Origin: Takakia lepidozioides
Lineage: Eukaryota; Plantae; Bryophyta
Direction: 5' to 3'
NCBI GenBank assembly: GCA_030704615.1
Contig: CM060731.1
Span: forward strand, 58,776,001-58,840,000
Length of the DNA stretch: 64,000 nucleotides
Shown here: in pieces, positions 11,786 through 24,900 of the stretch
How the letters are laid out: every line of letters starts with the position of its first letter
How positions within the stretch are numbered: position 1 is the stretch's first letter
Translations under genes and position numbers: made by a program
Notes under the pieces: model-generated
What the model saw: the letters and a program-made list of their open reading frames with translations, nothing else
Databases searched by the model: none
Told to the model about the DNA's origin: nothing

Positions 11786-12131
11786 GATAAGCAAGCTAAG
11801 GTCACACACGATGCAAAGCATGAAAACCAAACCATCACTCTTAGAAATAGAAGTCGAGCCAGGGGCACCCCAAGCTATGGGGACTCCACCCCACAACAAC
11901 CTACACTCCCATCATGAGTACACTCAGATCTAAACGCATGCAGGAGCTCGGTCGCGCAGGCTCAACTCGAGAGAGATGAGCTGCGCGACTGCCGCTCTCG
12001 TGAAGATAAGACAGACCAGGTGTCAAACTAAACTTGACACCTGATTTAACACTTGACCTAACTCCAAGTGTTAAATACAAATAACTAGTTTTATTCTAGC
12101 TGTTTTCACACTGTGCTTATTTAGCTTGACA
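11786..12131. repeat. Repeat B, terminal copy (5' end of the element)
   Basis: Match to 189-534; not accompanied by repeat A. Confidence 0.95.
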
Positions 12132-15100
12132 CATTCTTGAAAAGAAATTTATGCCATCATAGATTTCTGAAGGACTTGTCACTCTCATTTTCAAGAAGGG
12201 AGACAGGGAGGATCTGGCCAACTACCACCCTATCACCCTGTTGAATTCCACCTACAAAATTATAGCAAAGGCCCTTGCATTGAGGCTGCAACCTCTGCTG
12301 CCAAAGATGATAAGGAAAATCAAACAGGCTTTCTCAAGGATCGCATGATTCTAGACAACATACTTCTGGCACATGAGGCCCTACACAGAGCTCAAGTGAA
12401 CAATCAACCTTTGGCATTTCTTATGCTAGATTTTGAAAAGGCATTCGACTCCATAGATTGGACATTTCTGATAGGAGCCTTGGAGAAGACAGGGCTTGGG
12501 GGGCCCTTTCTTTCTTGGGTTCAGATCCTGTTGCACTTGGCCTCCAGCAGAGTGATGGTAAACGGTGTGGTCTCCAAGAGTTTTCCAATTTCTAGATCGG
12601 TTAGACAGGGGTGCCCCTTGGCCCCATTTCTATTTTTAATGGTTGCAGACTCCCTGGGTCACTTGCTTGACCACCGAGTGGACATCATTGGGCTACACCT
12701 GCCAACACTCATACCGGAGATGCTCAAATTGTCCATGTACGCATATAACACAGTTTTGCTGCTTGACAATTCCACCACAAGCAATATTGATAGAGCTCTT
12801 CATGCGTTGTGCACCTTTTGCCTGGGTTCTGGGCTGAAGATAAACTGGAAAAAATCAATAGGGATTCTGTCCCAGCTGCAAAAGGGCTTAGGTGTGACAC
12901 ATTGTCAATCCTGGGGAGCTAACATCGGCTTGAGGTGGTTGCAAGAGGGGGAAACGCACACTCTGCTAGGGCATAAGATGGGATTAAACATGACGCAGCA
13001 GAGTAGAATGACGGAGGTGCTGGAAAAATACAAAAGAAAACTGGCATTCTAGTGCTCTGCAATGCTCTCAGTTGTAGGGAGGGCCCTTGTAGCCAACTGG
13101 TTCTACAGGCTTCATTGTGGTTCTTCGCTGCAGTATGGAACCCAGACTCAACTATGCTCAAGGAGATTAAAGCCCTCATGCGCAACTTCATTTGGGGAGC
13201 CACCAAAGTCACACAAGTGAGAAAAACACTACTCTCATGGGATCAACTATGCCAAAAAAAAACCGAGGGTGGTCTGGGAAAAATCGACCCTACAGCTCAG
13301 ATAAATGCCTTGCTAGCAAAATGGATTCCCAGAGCCATCGCCTCGGCCATCACGCATAGAAACTCCCCTTGGAGTAAGCTCATTCAACCTTACCTGATGG
13401 GCTCAGTGCCAAAAACATCTAAACTTTGGGCTCAATCACTTAGATGGATTGTTCAAGGCAAAAACGCAGCAGTGGCTCTTGGCTCCAGACCTTGGCAATC
13501 TATTTGGAGAGCCTGGCAAAGCATCAGGGGTAACCTTACCCAAAGAATGCCAGCCAGCTGGCAGGAATGTCTTCGGCCTATTTGCAAACTACAACATGGA
13601 CTCTGCTGTCTTGCTCACGCAAACCAGGCGCAAACCCCTCGCTGGGCTTTCTGGGAGGGGCAGGGTTTCACTCACATTGCAACAATGTGCTCGGGGGAAA
13701 ATTTCCTTACAGAAGAGGCCATATCATGAACCTTTGGCAGGAGGAGATCCAGGGCCTGAGGCACTTTCCTGGCCAATATCCTGCAATACATGACCCCACT
13801 GCTAGAGCAACAAGCTCAGAATTGGATGGCTCCTGTCTGGATGGCTTGCAACAGAGACAATGAAAAGACAGTGATACTGGTCATAGAAACTCATGGACCA
13901 ATGACATTTGGACTGGGGTTTCACACAGATTGCGAGGGTGACCTCTCTTATACAGGGATGGTGGAGGTTCCTAAAACAAACTTGTTCCACATACGGGTGC
14001 TTGATGGCAAAGGAAATGCCAACCCCTTGCTACCTCAAGGGATGGAGGCTCAATGGGCCCGTCACAACGGAATCCATAGAACATTGTCTGCTGTCCTGCA
14101 ATCTTTCAAGTAGAATTTGGGGCTGGTTCTCTCGTTCTACTCTCATCGGGCTTCTTTCCCAACCCCTTCTCCTCCATCTCTACTGCTTTTAAATTTCCTG
14201 CCTGGTCTAACAATGAGTGTTTGCCCAGTGTGGAACACTCTTGGAGCCCACACCTTGTGGAATCTATGGAGAGCCAGATGCAATTGGGTTTATGAGGGAA
14301 AAGTCCCTAGGGGCAGATCAATCTTCTTTCACATATATTTTGATCTATTAACTGAGGGGCGAAAAGTGTGGGACACTGATTGTGCAGCTCTTCCCAGAAC
14401 TTCGGAGCAACGAGGGAGGAAGCTGCTTCAAGATTTCGCCGACTCCTGGGGCACAAGCAACTTGCTGAGCTCCAGTCTTCCCAACATGCGCTTTACCTGG
14501 AATCAATCAATCCCCCCTCAATGGGAAGTCCCCTGGTGATGGAGACGAGGTAGATTTCAATTGGAGGCATAAGAAAAGTCGAAATCCTAAATTTAGAACT
14601 CAGCTCAAGTTCTAAAGTACTGAACCTGTCTTCACATTGCCACTGCAGATCTTCTCCAACTCCTTGTCTTCTCAGCTCGTCAACTCCGGATCAGCTCCGC
14701 ACCTCATCTTCGCAAGACCTTCGTGCTCTTATCTCTAGGAGTAGCTAGCTACCTCTCCAATCTTGACCGTTCTTGGAACAATGCATACAAGTCTCTCTTG
14801 TATAGAACTTTCTTACTGCTCTTTCATCCTGCCCTAGCATAGCATGTTATCTCTCTCGCAACCTCTGCTTTACCACTATTCACTCCCTCCCTATCTACTG
14901 TTAGCAAGTTCGCTACGGCCACGGGATGTTCCCCCTTAGGAAGCCTTCAGAGCCTTTTGGGTGGTTATTTTTTCCACCAATGTGACATCATTCTTTTTAA
15001 TTAATTTGACTGAAAGGGCCTCTGTCCCTTTCCCAAAAAAAAACTTCAGTCTGTAAGCAACCGTAAAGGATACCTAAGTGCCAAAGTATTTGAACAAACG

Positions 15101-17286
15101 ATTGAAACCTGAAAAGACGCAGCATAGCTACCGGTATGTGCAAGACAAGACGTCGCATCTGTGCATCAGTCACTCGCTCAGGTCTCCATGATATCTGCCA
15201 CACTCGATTGCTCCACTGCCTGCCACACAGACACAAGTGCAAGATGGAGACTACCCCATAGACTTATGAGAACATTCTCTCTCAATTCTCTAGAATTTGA
15301 GAGAGAATGGTTTCATAAGAGGTGGCTTGCCTGGTGAAGTGGGACTGACCCGTATGTGGCCATAGACCCCGCGCCCAGTCTGAATGGAACAAGAGGACAC
15401 AACCTTTATGAGGGCTCACTCCAGAGTCCAGTAGTGCAACCACCTCGGTGTAAACAATTGGTTTGCGGCGCGGCTTTCCAGATTTGATGTGTGTAAGCTG
15501 CCCAGCAATTAGACACCAGCAGGGCGAGGGCTTTAGGCTCAGCCTCCAGATTCTGAAAGTTGGTGAACAGATGTGCAGGGACTATGTTCTTGATGGTCCT
15601 GACTCCTGAAGAGCGTCACTCTGATGAGAATACGCCGGACATCGTATCCGAAAATGGATATTGTCTTCAGGCCCCCCACATATCAGGTATTGATAATCTC
15701 CCTTCACACTCTGCATGTTATTGTTCAAAGGTGGAGTCCCCGCCTCAGTTTAAACTTCAGTCTAGTGCCAAGGGCAGATAGGGCCTTCAGGTCATCCTTA
15801 AGATTCACCCCCCACAGATTCCAGGCCGCATGGTGAAGCCTGATCCGTAGATATTGGTTTGAATTCAATTGGCAGATTGTGATAGGAAGCATGTCGTCCC
15901 ATTGAAACTTATGTGGTGGTGGGCGATAGTACTGGTGGCCCTCTGAGGCATGGATCCCACAGCCACAAATGAACACAACCAGATGGACTCTGGGCAGCCG
16001 TAATTTGAGTAAATTTGAGGGTTCTCAACAAAAACTTTTGAGTTTTTTTTTCCTATGACTTCATTTTTTTGCCATGCCACTTAAATGGACGGTGTTGTCA
16101 GTGCTCTCGGCTTCCGATGGTCTGGTTGTTGAACATGAGGCAAGCATGATCATGAATGTTGTAGTTCCATGAAGGAATACCTGCCCAAAGGGGAAGCCTA
16201 ACTAAGTTTTTTGTAGATTTTGTAGAGGATCAGAGGACCATTCACTCATCATCATTGTGAGAAATTCAGAAGGGACATATATAGACAGTTTAATTTGAAA
16301 ACTGAACAGAATAAGTCCTCCATAAGGGAGATATCGCTAACTTGCCACACTTTAAGGCACAATGGTGACCCCTGCTGAAAACTGAGTCAAGGGCTTGGCA
16401 TCAATTGTGCTAAGAAATCAGCTAGTGAGTCTAGTATATCTGCCTTTCTCTCAAGGGTACCAAATACTTTTGTACTTTCTCCCTCTTTAAGGCATCATAG
16501 ATGTTTCCTGAAGTGGCCATTTCTTTGTTCTATGCTGCCCCATAGGCCTTTGTGGCCCTCTGGACATTATAAAGTTTCTTTCCTTCTTTCTCCTGACTCT
16601 CTCTTTCATAATGACATATCCTCAAGTTGCCCCCATGAAGTGGGACTGCATTGTGCGCACTGCAGATGTTGGCGCTATAATAACAGCTCAGAAGTTGTTG
16701 GAATCACAGATTTCAAAGTGCTGAGAGTACCTGGAATTTTGCGCGGGCTCCCAGCAACCTCCATTCTTCAGCAGCCAAGCGCTTTGCCTCCAAGGGATCC
16801 AACATGTTAACACACCTTTGGCTCTCTTCTTGATCCTCTCAATGTGCCATTTACTTTTCCCTGGATTCCAAATAAACCAGACCTTCTTTCATGAACATGT
16901 AACTGTCTCAGTGTAGTATTGATTGCAGGCTGTTACAACTTAGTGGAGTCCACTTTCTCTCATCTTGCATTGAGGTTTTAATTCTAAAGAATGCAAGTTC
17001 TCTCAAGGCATGATGATCTGGCACTTACTGTACCATTCACGGCGATGATAACCATGCCGCATACCGCTCCCAATATCGTGCATGCATGCATCCTGAGAAG
17101 AGGAAAAGTTCAAGTCCCAACGCAGTAACTACTCTGATATGGAAAAAATCAATTAACCAAGTTCCTCTACTGCAGGGGTGCATATGGTATTCAAACTTTG
17201 TCCACATCAAACCCATCGTTATTAAATGTAGCTCCATCCTAGCAAATCTTATATTGGAGACACTCACAAGCAAGATAGACAGGAGA

Positions 17287-17400
17287 TTGATGACGATGAC
17301 GTGGCAACGAAGCGTGGTGACGATGACGTGGCTGCGATCACGTGGTTACGAAACGTGGAGATGATGACGTGGCAGAGAAACGTGGCGACGATGACCTGGC
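17287..17400. repeat. Cluster of GATGACGTGG / ACGTGG repeats
   Basis: About 6 ACGTGG cores plus variants in ~115 bp. Confidence 0.7.
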
Positions 17401-18375
17401 ACTATGGCCTCTACGCTAAACTAGTGTCCTACCTTCAGTCGTCGCTAGAATTTCACTTGAAGGCAAGAAATGTGATCAAAAGAAACAGGAGAGACACAAC
17501 TTCAGTGACGTAAAACTGCAAAGAGAGAGAAGAGAAGAGAAGAGAGCTGGGAAATGGTGAGAGTAGCAGTCAACAACAACAGAAATGGGGTGTTGCTCCG
17601 CAGTTTGCGGTGAGTGAGCCCAGGGACTCGGCCACTTTCTTTCCCCCTATCTTCTTAAGCAATGATCTGTGTATTCAAGGATGGACTGAGGTACGCCAAG
17701 ACCCAGCGTTCATTACGATCATCTGCACTCGTCTCTACTTTGCTCTCTCAGGAAACTTCTCACAAAAAAGATCATTCATTCATAAACTTCACAAAGCATC
17801 CTTCCTTCATAAACTTCACAAAGCATCCTTCCTTCTCACTCTCCGCATCTTTGCCTCACTCCACTTAATGGGCCGCCCTGCTACCGGCGCATTGCCCCCT
17901 CTGGACACTACAACAGACACTGAAGCTGTGATCACAATGAAATGGCTACTCATTCCTGCCAAAATTCAAGTTTACAAGTTCTCTTCATGAATAACGGCAC
18001 AAAGGCGGAAGGGCAACAAATAGGAGTGGGTCTGCTGCCTATTACAAGCTCAACACCCTGGTCTGAAGAAGTCGACAGGGAAGTAACCATAACCCCTTGG
18101 GTGATACAAATTACATGCTCACTTCATATCTACCACGCACTAGTATCTATCTGTCTCCTCCACTCACACTCTTTTCATTTGCTTCAAGGTTTCCCTCAAC
18201 ATCAGCTTGAATCTTTCTTCTCACTACTTCTCACTGCTTCAGCTGCATTCACAGTTTCCAAATACCCCCCGATCCTCTTCTCAATTCTAAAATCTATCCT
18301 CTCATTCATCTCACTGTTTCCAGCAGAGCGCCAGTCAAAATGACCTGCTGACCATAGTCGTTTGGCGATATTGTC

Positions 18376-19397
18376 ATGGACTCCAGAGGCGGAAGCTCGA
18401 AGCGTGGAAAATGCGGAGGACCATCCACTCAAGGAAGAGGCAAAAACCAGGTCTGGACCAAGAAAAACGCCTTTGAGGCCTTTGGCTCCATCCTTGGAAA
18501 AGGCCCGACTTCAAACCCCACACTGCCATCCCCCAGGCCCGCTGAGGTGTTATTGGAAGAGACAGAGGTGCAAGTGGAGACAGAGTGACCTGTTATCGCT
18601 TTGAACAAAGACAAGTTGATCGCACAAGCGCAAAAATTGACTCAAACAGAAATCCTCATCTACTTCCCTAGCAAACCCCGCCCTAGAGCTGAGATCAGGC
18701 GCTGGGTAGTCCAACATCTCGGACACCAAGGTGGACTCGCGCATCATTTCAGCCTCTCCATGGGACGAGGCTACTATGCAGTCCTTTCTCCTCCAAATCA
18801 GATGTGGACAAAGCACTGGCGTTCAACACCCAACAATCCCCAGTCAAGGTCTTCATTTTCCCTTGGACACATGATTGGGGACACAAGAAAGGTGTTCTCT
18901 AGAGACCAAGGGTGATAGCGATACCCTTCTTGCCACCCACTTATCTCACATCACTCCCAGAAATCGAAGCAAGCTTTGGCACATTCATAGGTGCGATTAA
19001 TGTATATGAACCAGTACAAGCCCAAATTGTCAGTGTGGACACAGAGATGGTGCAAAGCGATTACAATTTAGATAACGGAGTCCCAAAGCTGGTCGTCCTC
19101 ATGCCAGACAATGCCAAAATTGGCTGCTCCATCAAGTTGCCAACACTGGATGACTCGTTCATAGTAGTGGCCATAAATGAGGATGTGCTTGCTGTTATCT
19201 GTTTTCAGTGCAATGTTGAAGGGCATGTCAAGGCAGACTGCCCAGGCGCAAAAGTCACAAGGAAAGATGAAGGCTCTTCCCAGCCCCTGCAAATCATCTC
19301 CAACCAAGGTCAAAATCTGCAAGTGCCGGAGGCTATGGCAATGGACACCAACGAACACATCACAATCAATGACAGGCTGCGCACCTCAAAAAAATAA
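18376..19397 (+). pseudogene. LINE ORF1-like remnant with CCHC zinc knuckle
   Basis: ICFQCNVEGHVKADC; upstream SMGRGYYAV and IPFLPP..FGTFIG resemble plant L1 ORF1; frameshifted. Confidence 0.55.
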
Positions 19398-21799
19398 AAA
19401 ATAAATGCGGAGCTACTGGCCCCCACCTCGCCCAAGCGACCCATTGGTTCTGGCTTCTTCCCCGTACGAATCATGGAGGCATGGGCCTCCTTTCCCTTCA
19501 CAGAATCTGATCTCCAACAACTGGACAGTGGCAGCCTGACAATCTCTTTCCTGGAACTTCACTCCTTCAAATCAAAGCCCCTGCCTGACTGGGCACCGGG
19601 TTCAAACTACGCGATGGAGAAGGCGGCAATCTGTGTCACCCCATTGCTGTACACCTTCATTGATGACTACACCAATTTTTTCCTCCCAAGTATCAAACAG
19701 GGGGTGCTATTCCGTGAGCCCGGAGGCGTGGGCCCAGGAAACCGTGAGCCCAGCACATGCTCATGCCACGTCAGCATGCATACAGGGCCTATTTCCGCGG
19801 GTGTCACCTATTACCGCAGGTTGATCAACCCTTTCCAGGGAATGCAGACTGGATGTGTTACATCCATTATATCCATCCATTATATCCATTGCATCCATTT
19901 AGACGTTATCAACATACCAAGCCCCTGCATTGGATTGTGGCTACGTCGTGAGCAGGTGCACAGTCACATCATCCAAAGCGGATCCCTGCGAAATGTTTTT
20001 TTTACTCACCACCCTTGCGAACATGCCAGATATGTGCGGGAGCATCATGGATGCTCACCAGAAGAATGCCTGAACGATCTTTGATCACGTGGACTTTAAC
20101 GTGATGGATTTATCAAGCATTCTTCGGGCAGGAATGGTTTGGAGACCAACGAGCAAATGATGCGAGAATGCTCTACCCAAACCAACGACGTTTGTTTGTT
20201 TTTGCAATGCACACAAGCCTGTGAGCTCTGCAAAACACTAAATAGATTGAAGGAACAATCCGGGTAGTCCATGCAACCCCCATCTCCAACAATAGTTTGT
20301 TCCCATGAATTTGCATCCCACGCAGACATTGCAAACAGGACAACAAGAACACACAACCATCCCATTTCAAAATTGGCCCCGAATAAAAGCAAAAGAAAAC
20401 TTCATATCAAGTGTCACAGTCATCAAAATCAGTATCGACCTCCTCTGCTATGTCATCCACAAAGATTCCGGCCCCAACACCACATCTTCTACCACGGCCG
20501 TCGATGGTTGGACTGCGAGTGCCATGAACGGACATGCTTGCTGCGAGTGCCTCCGCATAGACGAGTAACACGTAAGACTGAGGAGGACTTGAAAGAAGTC
20601 CAAAAATGTGTGATAGCCTTGGAGGGTCAGTGGAAGCACACGGACTCCTGCACAAGTCAACAGAAACGCATTTTGAATACAATGATGCAATGCACAAGTC
20701 CAACGAAGAGGATGTCTCCCATATGCACTCTGCCTTAAGAACAGTGATTCTGGGTATTGAAACAACAATGCAAGCATCCACAGGTTGAACTTACTCACAG
20801 GCAAAGTCGGAGTCCAGCTCCTTGTCGGAAGCCTGTTCTCGGATGTATGGGGGGCTGTTGTTCCTCTCCAAAATCCTGCTCTTGCATCGCCAACCTTTCC
20901 TCGTTTCCCTTTTCTTCTTCCTTTCCCTCTTCGTCTACTCTTTCCATCCTCACTCTATCTCTGGCTCTCTTCCTGTCCCTAGTGCTCGTAAAGTATAACG
21001 ACTTCCTTCTCTTCTTCCTCCGGTGGAAACAAGGGCTCCCCATGCTGCCTCTACAGCTCTCCAGTTTGACGTTTGCGACAAGGGTTGCTTTGGAATGTAT
21101 CAAAAATACAAATTGGACATTGTTAACCGTATTTGGATGCGGGTATCATCATTATGTGCGAACAGAATTCATCCATTTCTCCGTCTTTGAATTATCCAAG
21201 AAAAAAAATGGTGGCACTTCCAATGTCGTTCCCTCTACTTGTGATATATGTCAGATGTACTTCGCCGGCTGCCAGTACATGGCAGGCTTTATGCATTCTT
21301 TGAAATTCGGAAGTGCCGTAAAAATCTATCTCGAGTCTAATTTCTAACAGTACTTGCACATTGGCAATAATTGTGATGCTTCACACATGCATCCAAGTAT
21401 GTTGTACTGCCTATCCTGTGATTTGCATTTCGCCGTCGCCGTTGCCATGCAGTCATTTCGGCATAAAACTTGATGTTGGCAATCGTAATGTGTTGTGTAC
21501 CTTTGTGCCAAGTGTTCCCCCGAGTGTCAATGTTTGTGCTATGCTCTTCTGGCACAACACAAACAAATTTGACTCGGGGTATCCTGTTTATTGGACTCGT
21601 GGGGCCGTTGCCGTCTTTCCATAATGGATGTCTTCATATCCTTTGCAGGGTTTGCTTTTCATCCAAACACAATACGGCTTCTTGTGGCTTCTTGTCTTTG
21701 AAGACAGTTTTTCTAGTTGGCGTCTCTCATGTCGTGTGCATACATATCGCTACACAACTACATTGTTGTCCAAACCACACAACATATGTGCACACCAAA

Positions 21800-21942
21800 C
21801 ACTAGTCTATCACTAGTGCACCACTAGTGCACCACTAGGCTGCTACTAGACAACCACTAGTGCAGCCACTAGTCCAACACTAGGCTGCCATTAGCCACCA
21901 CTAGGCTGCCACTAGCCACCACTAGTGCAGCCACTAGTCCAT
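21800..21942. repeat. CCACTAG-based ~11-bp minisatellite inside repeat A (shorter copy at ~22350-22468)
   Basis: ccactagtgca / ccactaggctg / ccactagcca units. Confidence 0.85.
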
Positions 21943-24900
21943 CACAATGATAAAGAAGAAGAATATAAGCACAAGCTCATGCGAGCTCACAAAGCTGAAG
22001 CATAAACTCATGCATATATAACCTCATCACTCAAATACAAGTCAAGCCAAGTGCACCCCACACCATGGGGAATCCACACTACGGCGCCATAGCTAGGCGC
22101 GGTGAGGCTCAACTCGAGAAAGATGAGCCCACCGCGATCTGCCGTGAAGATAACAACGCCAGGTGCCCAAACATGTATTGGCCCCTGGATTGACACTTGG
22201 GTCAATCCCAAATGTCAATATATAAAAACTAGCTATTTCCTAGCTAACTTCACACTAGTGGTAAAATAACTTGACAACTGTCGTGCGCATACATATCGCT
22301 ACACAACTACATTGTTGTCCAAACCACACAACATATGTGCACACCAAACATTAGTCTATCACTAGTGCACCACTAGTGCACCACTAGACAACCACTAGTC
22401 ACCACTAGTGCAGCCACTAGTCCAACACTAGGCTGCCATTAGCCACCACTAGTGCAGCCACTAGTCCATCACAATCGCCCCCCTAGCTGGCGCTTAGGTC
22501 CCTCTAAGTCCAGGTAGCCACAAGATGTGATAGTGGCCATAGCCTCACTAAGTCCTCCACCACTGTCCCTACTACACTCAAACTCAATAGATCAAGAGGC
22601 CGGGTACAAGAGTTGCCCCATCGTTAGTCGCCGTCTTGCAACCTGTGAACTTGAGCTTGGGATCTCATGTATTGACTCCTATGAGCTTGGCCTCCCATGT
22701 CTTGTTAGCTGCCTGCAGTCATGTTCACTGCCACTATCCCAAGCAGTGTGGACACAACCAATCTCCGTCAGGAACCTTCTCAAGAGGTGGTATCAAGCAT
22801 CCCATATGCCAACCCCTTGAGCATCGATCACACACCAGCATGGTGGCTGCCCCTTTGGCAGACCCACAAAGCATGCACCTCAAACCTGCAGGTACCACTG
22901 CCAAGTTTGGGTCAACTCTGCCATCGACATTGAGAAGGTGACATGGCGCACAATTACGCACATGGTCCTTCCAAGTCATGCCATCCCGACCCTCCAAGAT
23001 CAGGACCCCTGAGGGCAACACCTCTCGAACCCTCAGAATAACACGCCCTGCAGTAACATCCAGAGTCGTAGGAGCAGTCTGCTGCAAATAAACATAGTCA
23101 CCAGGGCTAAACCTCCGAACCCCAGGACGGTATCCTCCACCACGTATAGTGGCATACCTCAACGTATCACGGTGATGTGCAATGGCAAGGTTCTCAAAAG
23201 CCATGTGCATGACTTTCTTGAACAACTCTGCACGCTGATCACATGCACGTACCCACACGTTCGGATCGTCAAGGTTAAGGACTTGAGCAGTGTCCCTACG
23301 AATGGCTGCAGGCAAATCCGGCTCTCGGCCAAAGAGAAGGAAATATGGTGAGAATGAGGCAAGTGATGCTTGTTTTCTGAACCTATAGCCCATGGCTAAC
23401 TAAGGAACCTGAAGATCCCAATCTCCTAGGTGTCCCTTCTGCAAGCCATACTTGTGCAAACCCCTCTTCACCGTCTGAACAACTCTCTCTGCCAAGCCAT
23501 CGGCCTCAAGATGATCCCGAGAAGTGGTGCGGTGGTCTATCAAGGTTTTATCACACAAAGCTTGAAATTCCCCCAAGAACTCTCTCCCTTGGTCCATGAG
23601 TACCACAGCTGGAGCACCAAATCGGCTAAGCACACGATCCAAGAATGCATACGCAGCCCCCTCACTAGCCTTATCAGGCAATGGAACCAACTCAATCTAC
23701 TTGGAGAAGTGCTCCACCATCACCAACACATATCTGTGGTGGCACATAGTCAGTGGCAACGGTCCTCCAAAGTCAAGACTCCACCTGTAGCCCAATCCCA
23801 TGATTGGTAAAGAATGCAACTGTGGTGTAGGGGCGTTGAATGAAGCACGCACCCTGTCACACACCATGCACCTAGCCACGAACTGTTGCACCTCTGTATG
23901 CATACCACGCCACCAATACTGCCCCTGCAGTAAACTGTGAGTGCGTCGCACTCCAAAATGCCCCAACTCCTCATGGGCATGCCGCACTAACCGTGCACGT
24001 TGTGTGGGATGAGGCACAATCCTCACCCAACCATCCTCCCATACTCGGAGCAGGTGTATCCCCTCCCACTTGAACCTCTTGGCTCGTTGCAGGATCCGAT
24101 CCCTCTCCTTGGCAGTCACAGTGGCTGCCATGTCTCCAGTACGGAGGTAGTCCAACACAACCGAATTCTCATGTATATCTCTGGCACCACCTGGCTCATC
24201 ACTAGCCTCAGGGTCCTCAGACACTCCGTCTACAGTCATCCCTGTTGTAGGTCCAACCTGACCTCCCGATGCCAAGATACACAAAAAGGCAGATGCATGC
24301 CATCCCGGCACCATCTCCTCGTCCGTCTCACCATGCCACCGAGCTCCAGTGTCATCATGTTGGCTCGTGCATGGATTGCAACTCAATCCATCCGCATCCC
24401 TATTGACCAAACCCGGTCGATGCACAACCTGAACATGTCTCCCATGCTCCTCCACCGTAGCACGAGAGACAAAGCAATTCCTGTAAGCCTCAGGAACCAC
24501 CGTATACGTCGTCTCTCTCCTCTAGTGACAATAGGTCCAATGTCAGGCTCCCAATTGTCCTTCGTAACTGCAACCTTAAGTCCAGCAAACTTAGAGGTAG
24601 AGGACGCGTCCCGTGGTTGCTATGCCACAACTTCTTGAGCAGTACTCCCTGCCTGCTCAGTCAATGACAAGGCCTCATCCTGCCCCATCATCTCATCCTT
24701 GAGGACCTCCTCAACCCGAGAAGAATCCCCAACCTCATCCATCACAGTCGCCTTGGCTGCCAACTCCCTCTGAACCTCGAGCACCTCCCACGTGTGTCAT
24801 GGATGTCTATACCCTGTGGTCCTCACCGGCTCGCCCCCACTCACTGCCTGTACCGTCTCGGTAGGCAGAGAGATCATCGAGGGAAGTGTACTCCGTACTC

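Larger units (their letters stand above)
101..12131 (-). mobile_element. Full-length Ty3/Gypsy-type retrotransposon with DNMT and PHD domains and split direct terminal repeats
   Basis: Termini TGTC...GACA; CATT duplicated at 97-100 and 12132-12135; the host LINE reading frame is restored on removal; order gag-PR-DNMT-RT-RH-IN-PHD on the minus strand. Confidence 0.95.
1..15043 (+). mobile_element. Degenerate L1-type LINE (ORF2 RT and downstream region, 3' A-tail), split by the Gypsy insertion at 101-12131; 5' part lies outside the window
   Basis: 1-100 reads KSLGLDGLPVELFKAMW*..ANDI and resumes at 12132 as LEKKF..GLVTLIFKKGDREDLANYHPITLLNSTYKIIAK. ORF 12345-13052 has LDFEKAFD and VRQGCPLAP; 13052-13729 has EGGLG. 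A-run near 15035-15043. Stops and frameshifts present. Confidence 0.9.

Noticed and set aside
19473-20084. 203-aa ORF with FIDDYT resembling a Copia integrase
   Set aside because: Single short match with no other supporting motifs.
21800-22470. CRISPR-like array
   Set aside because: Short tandem units without unique spacers; no cas genes.
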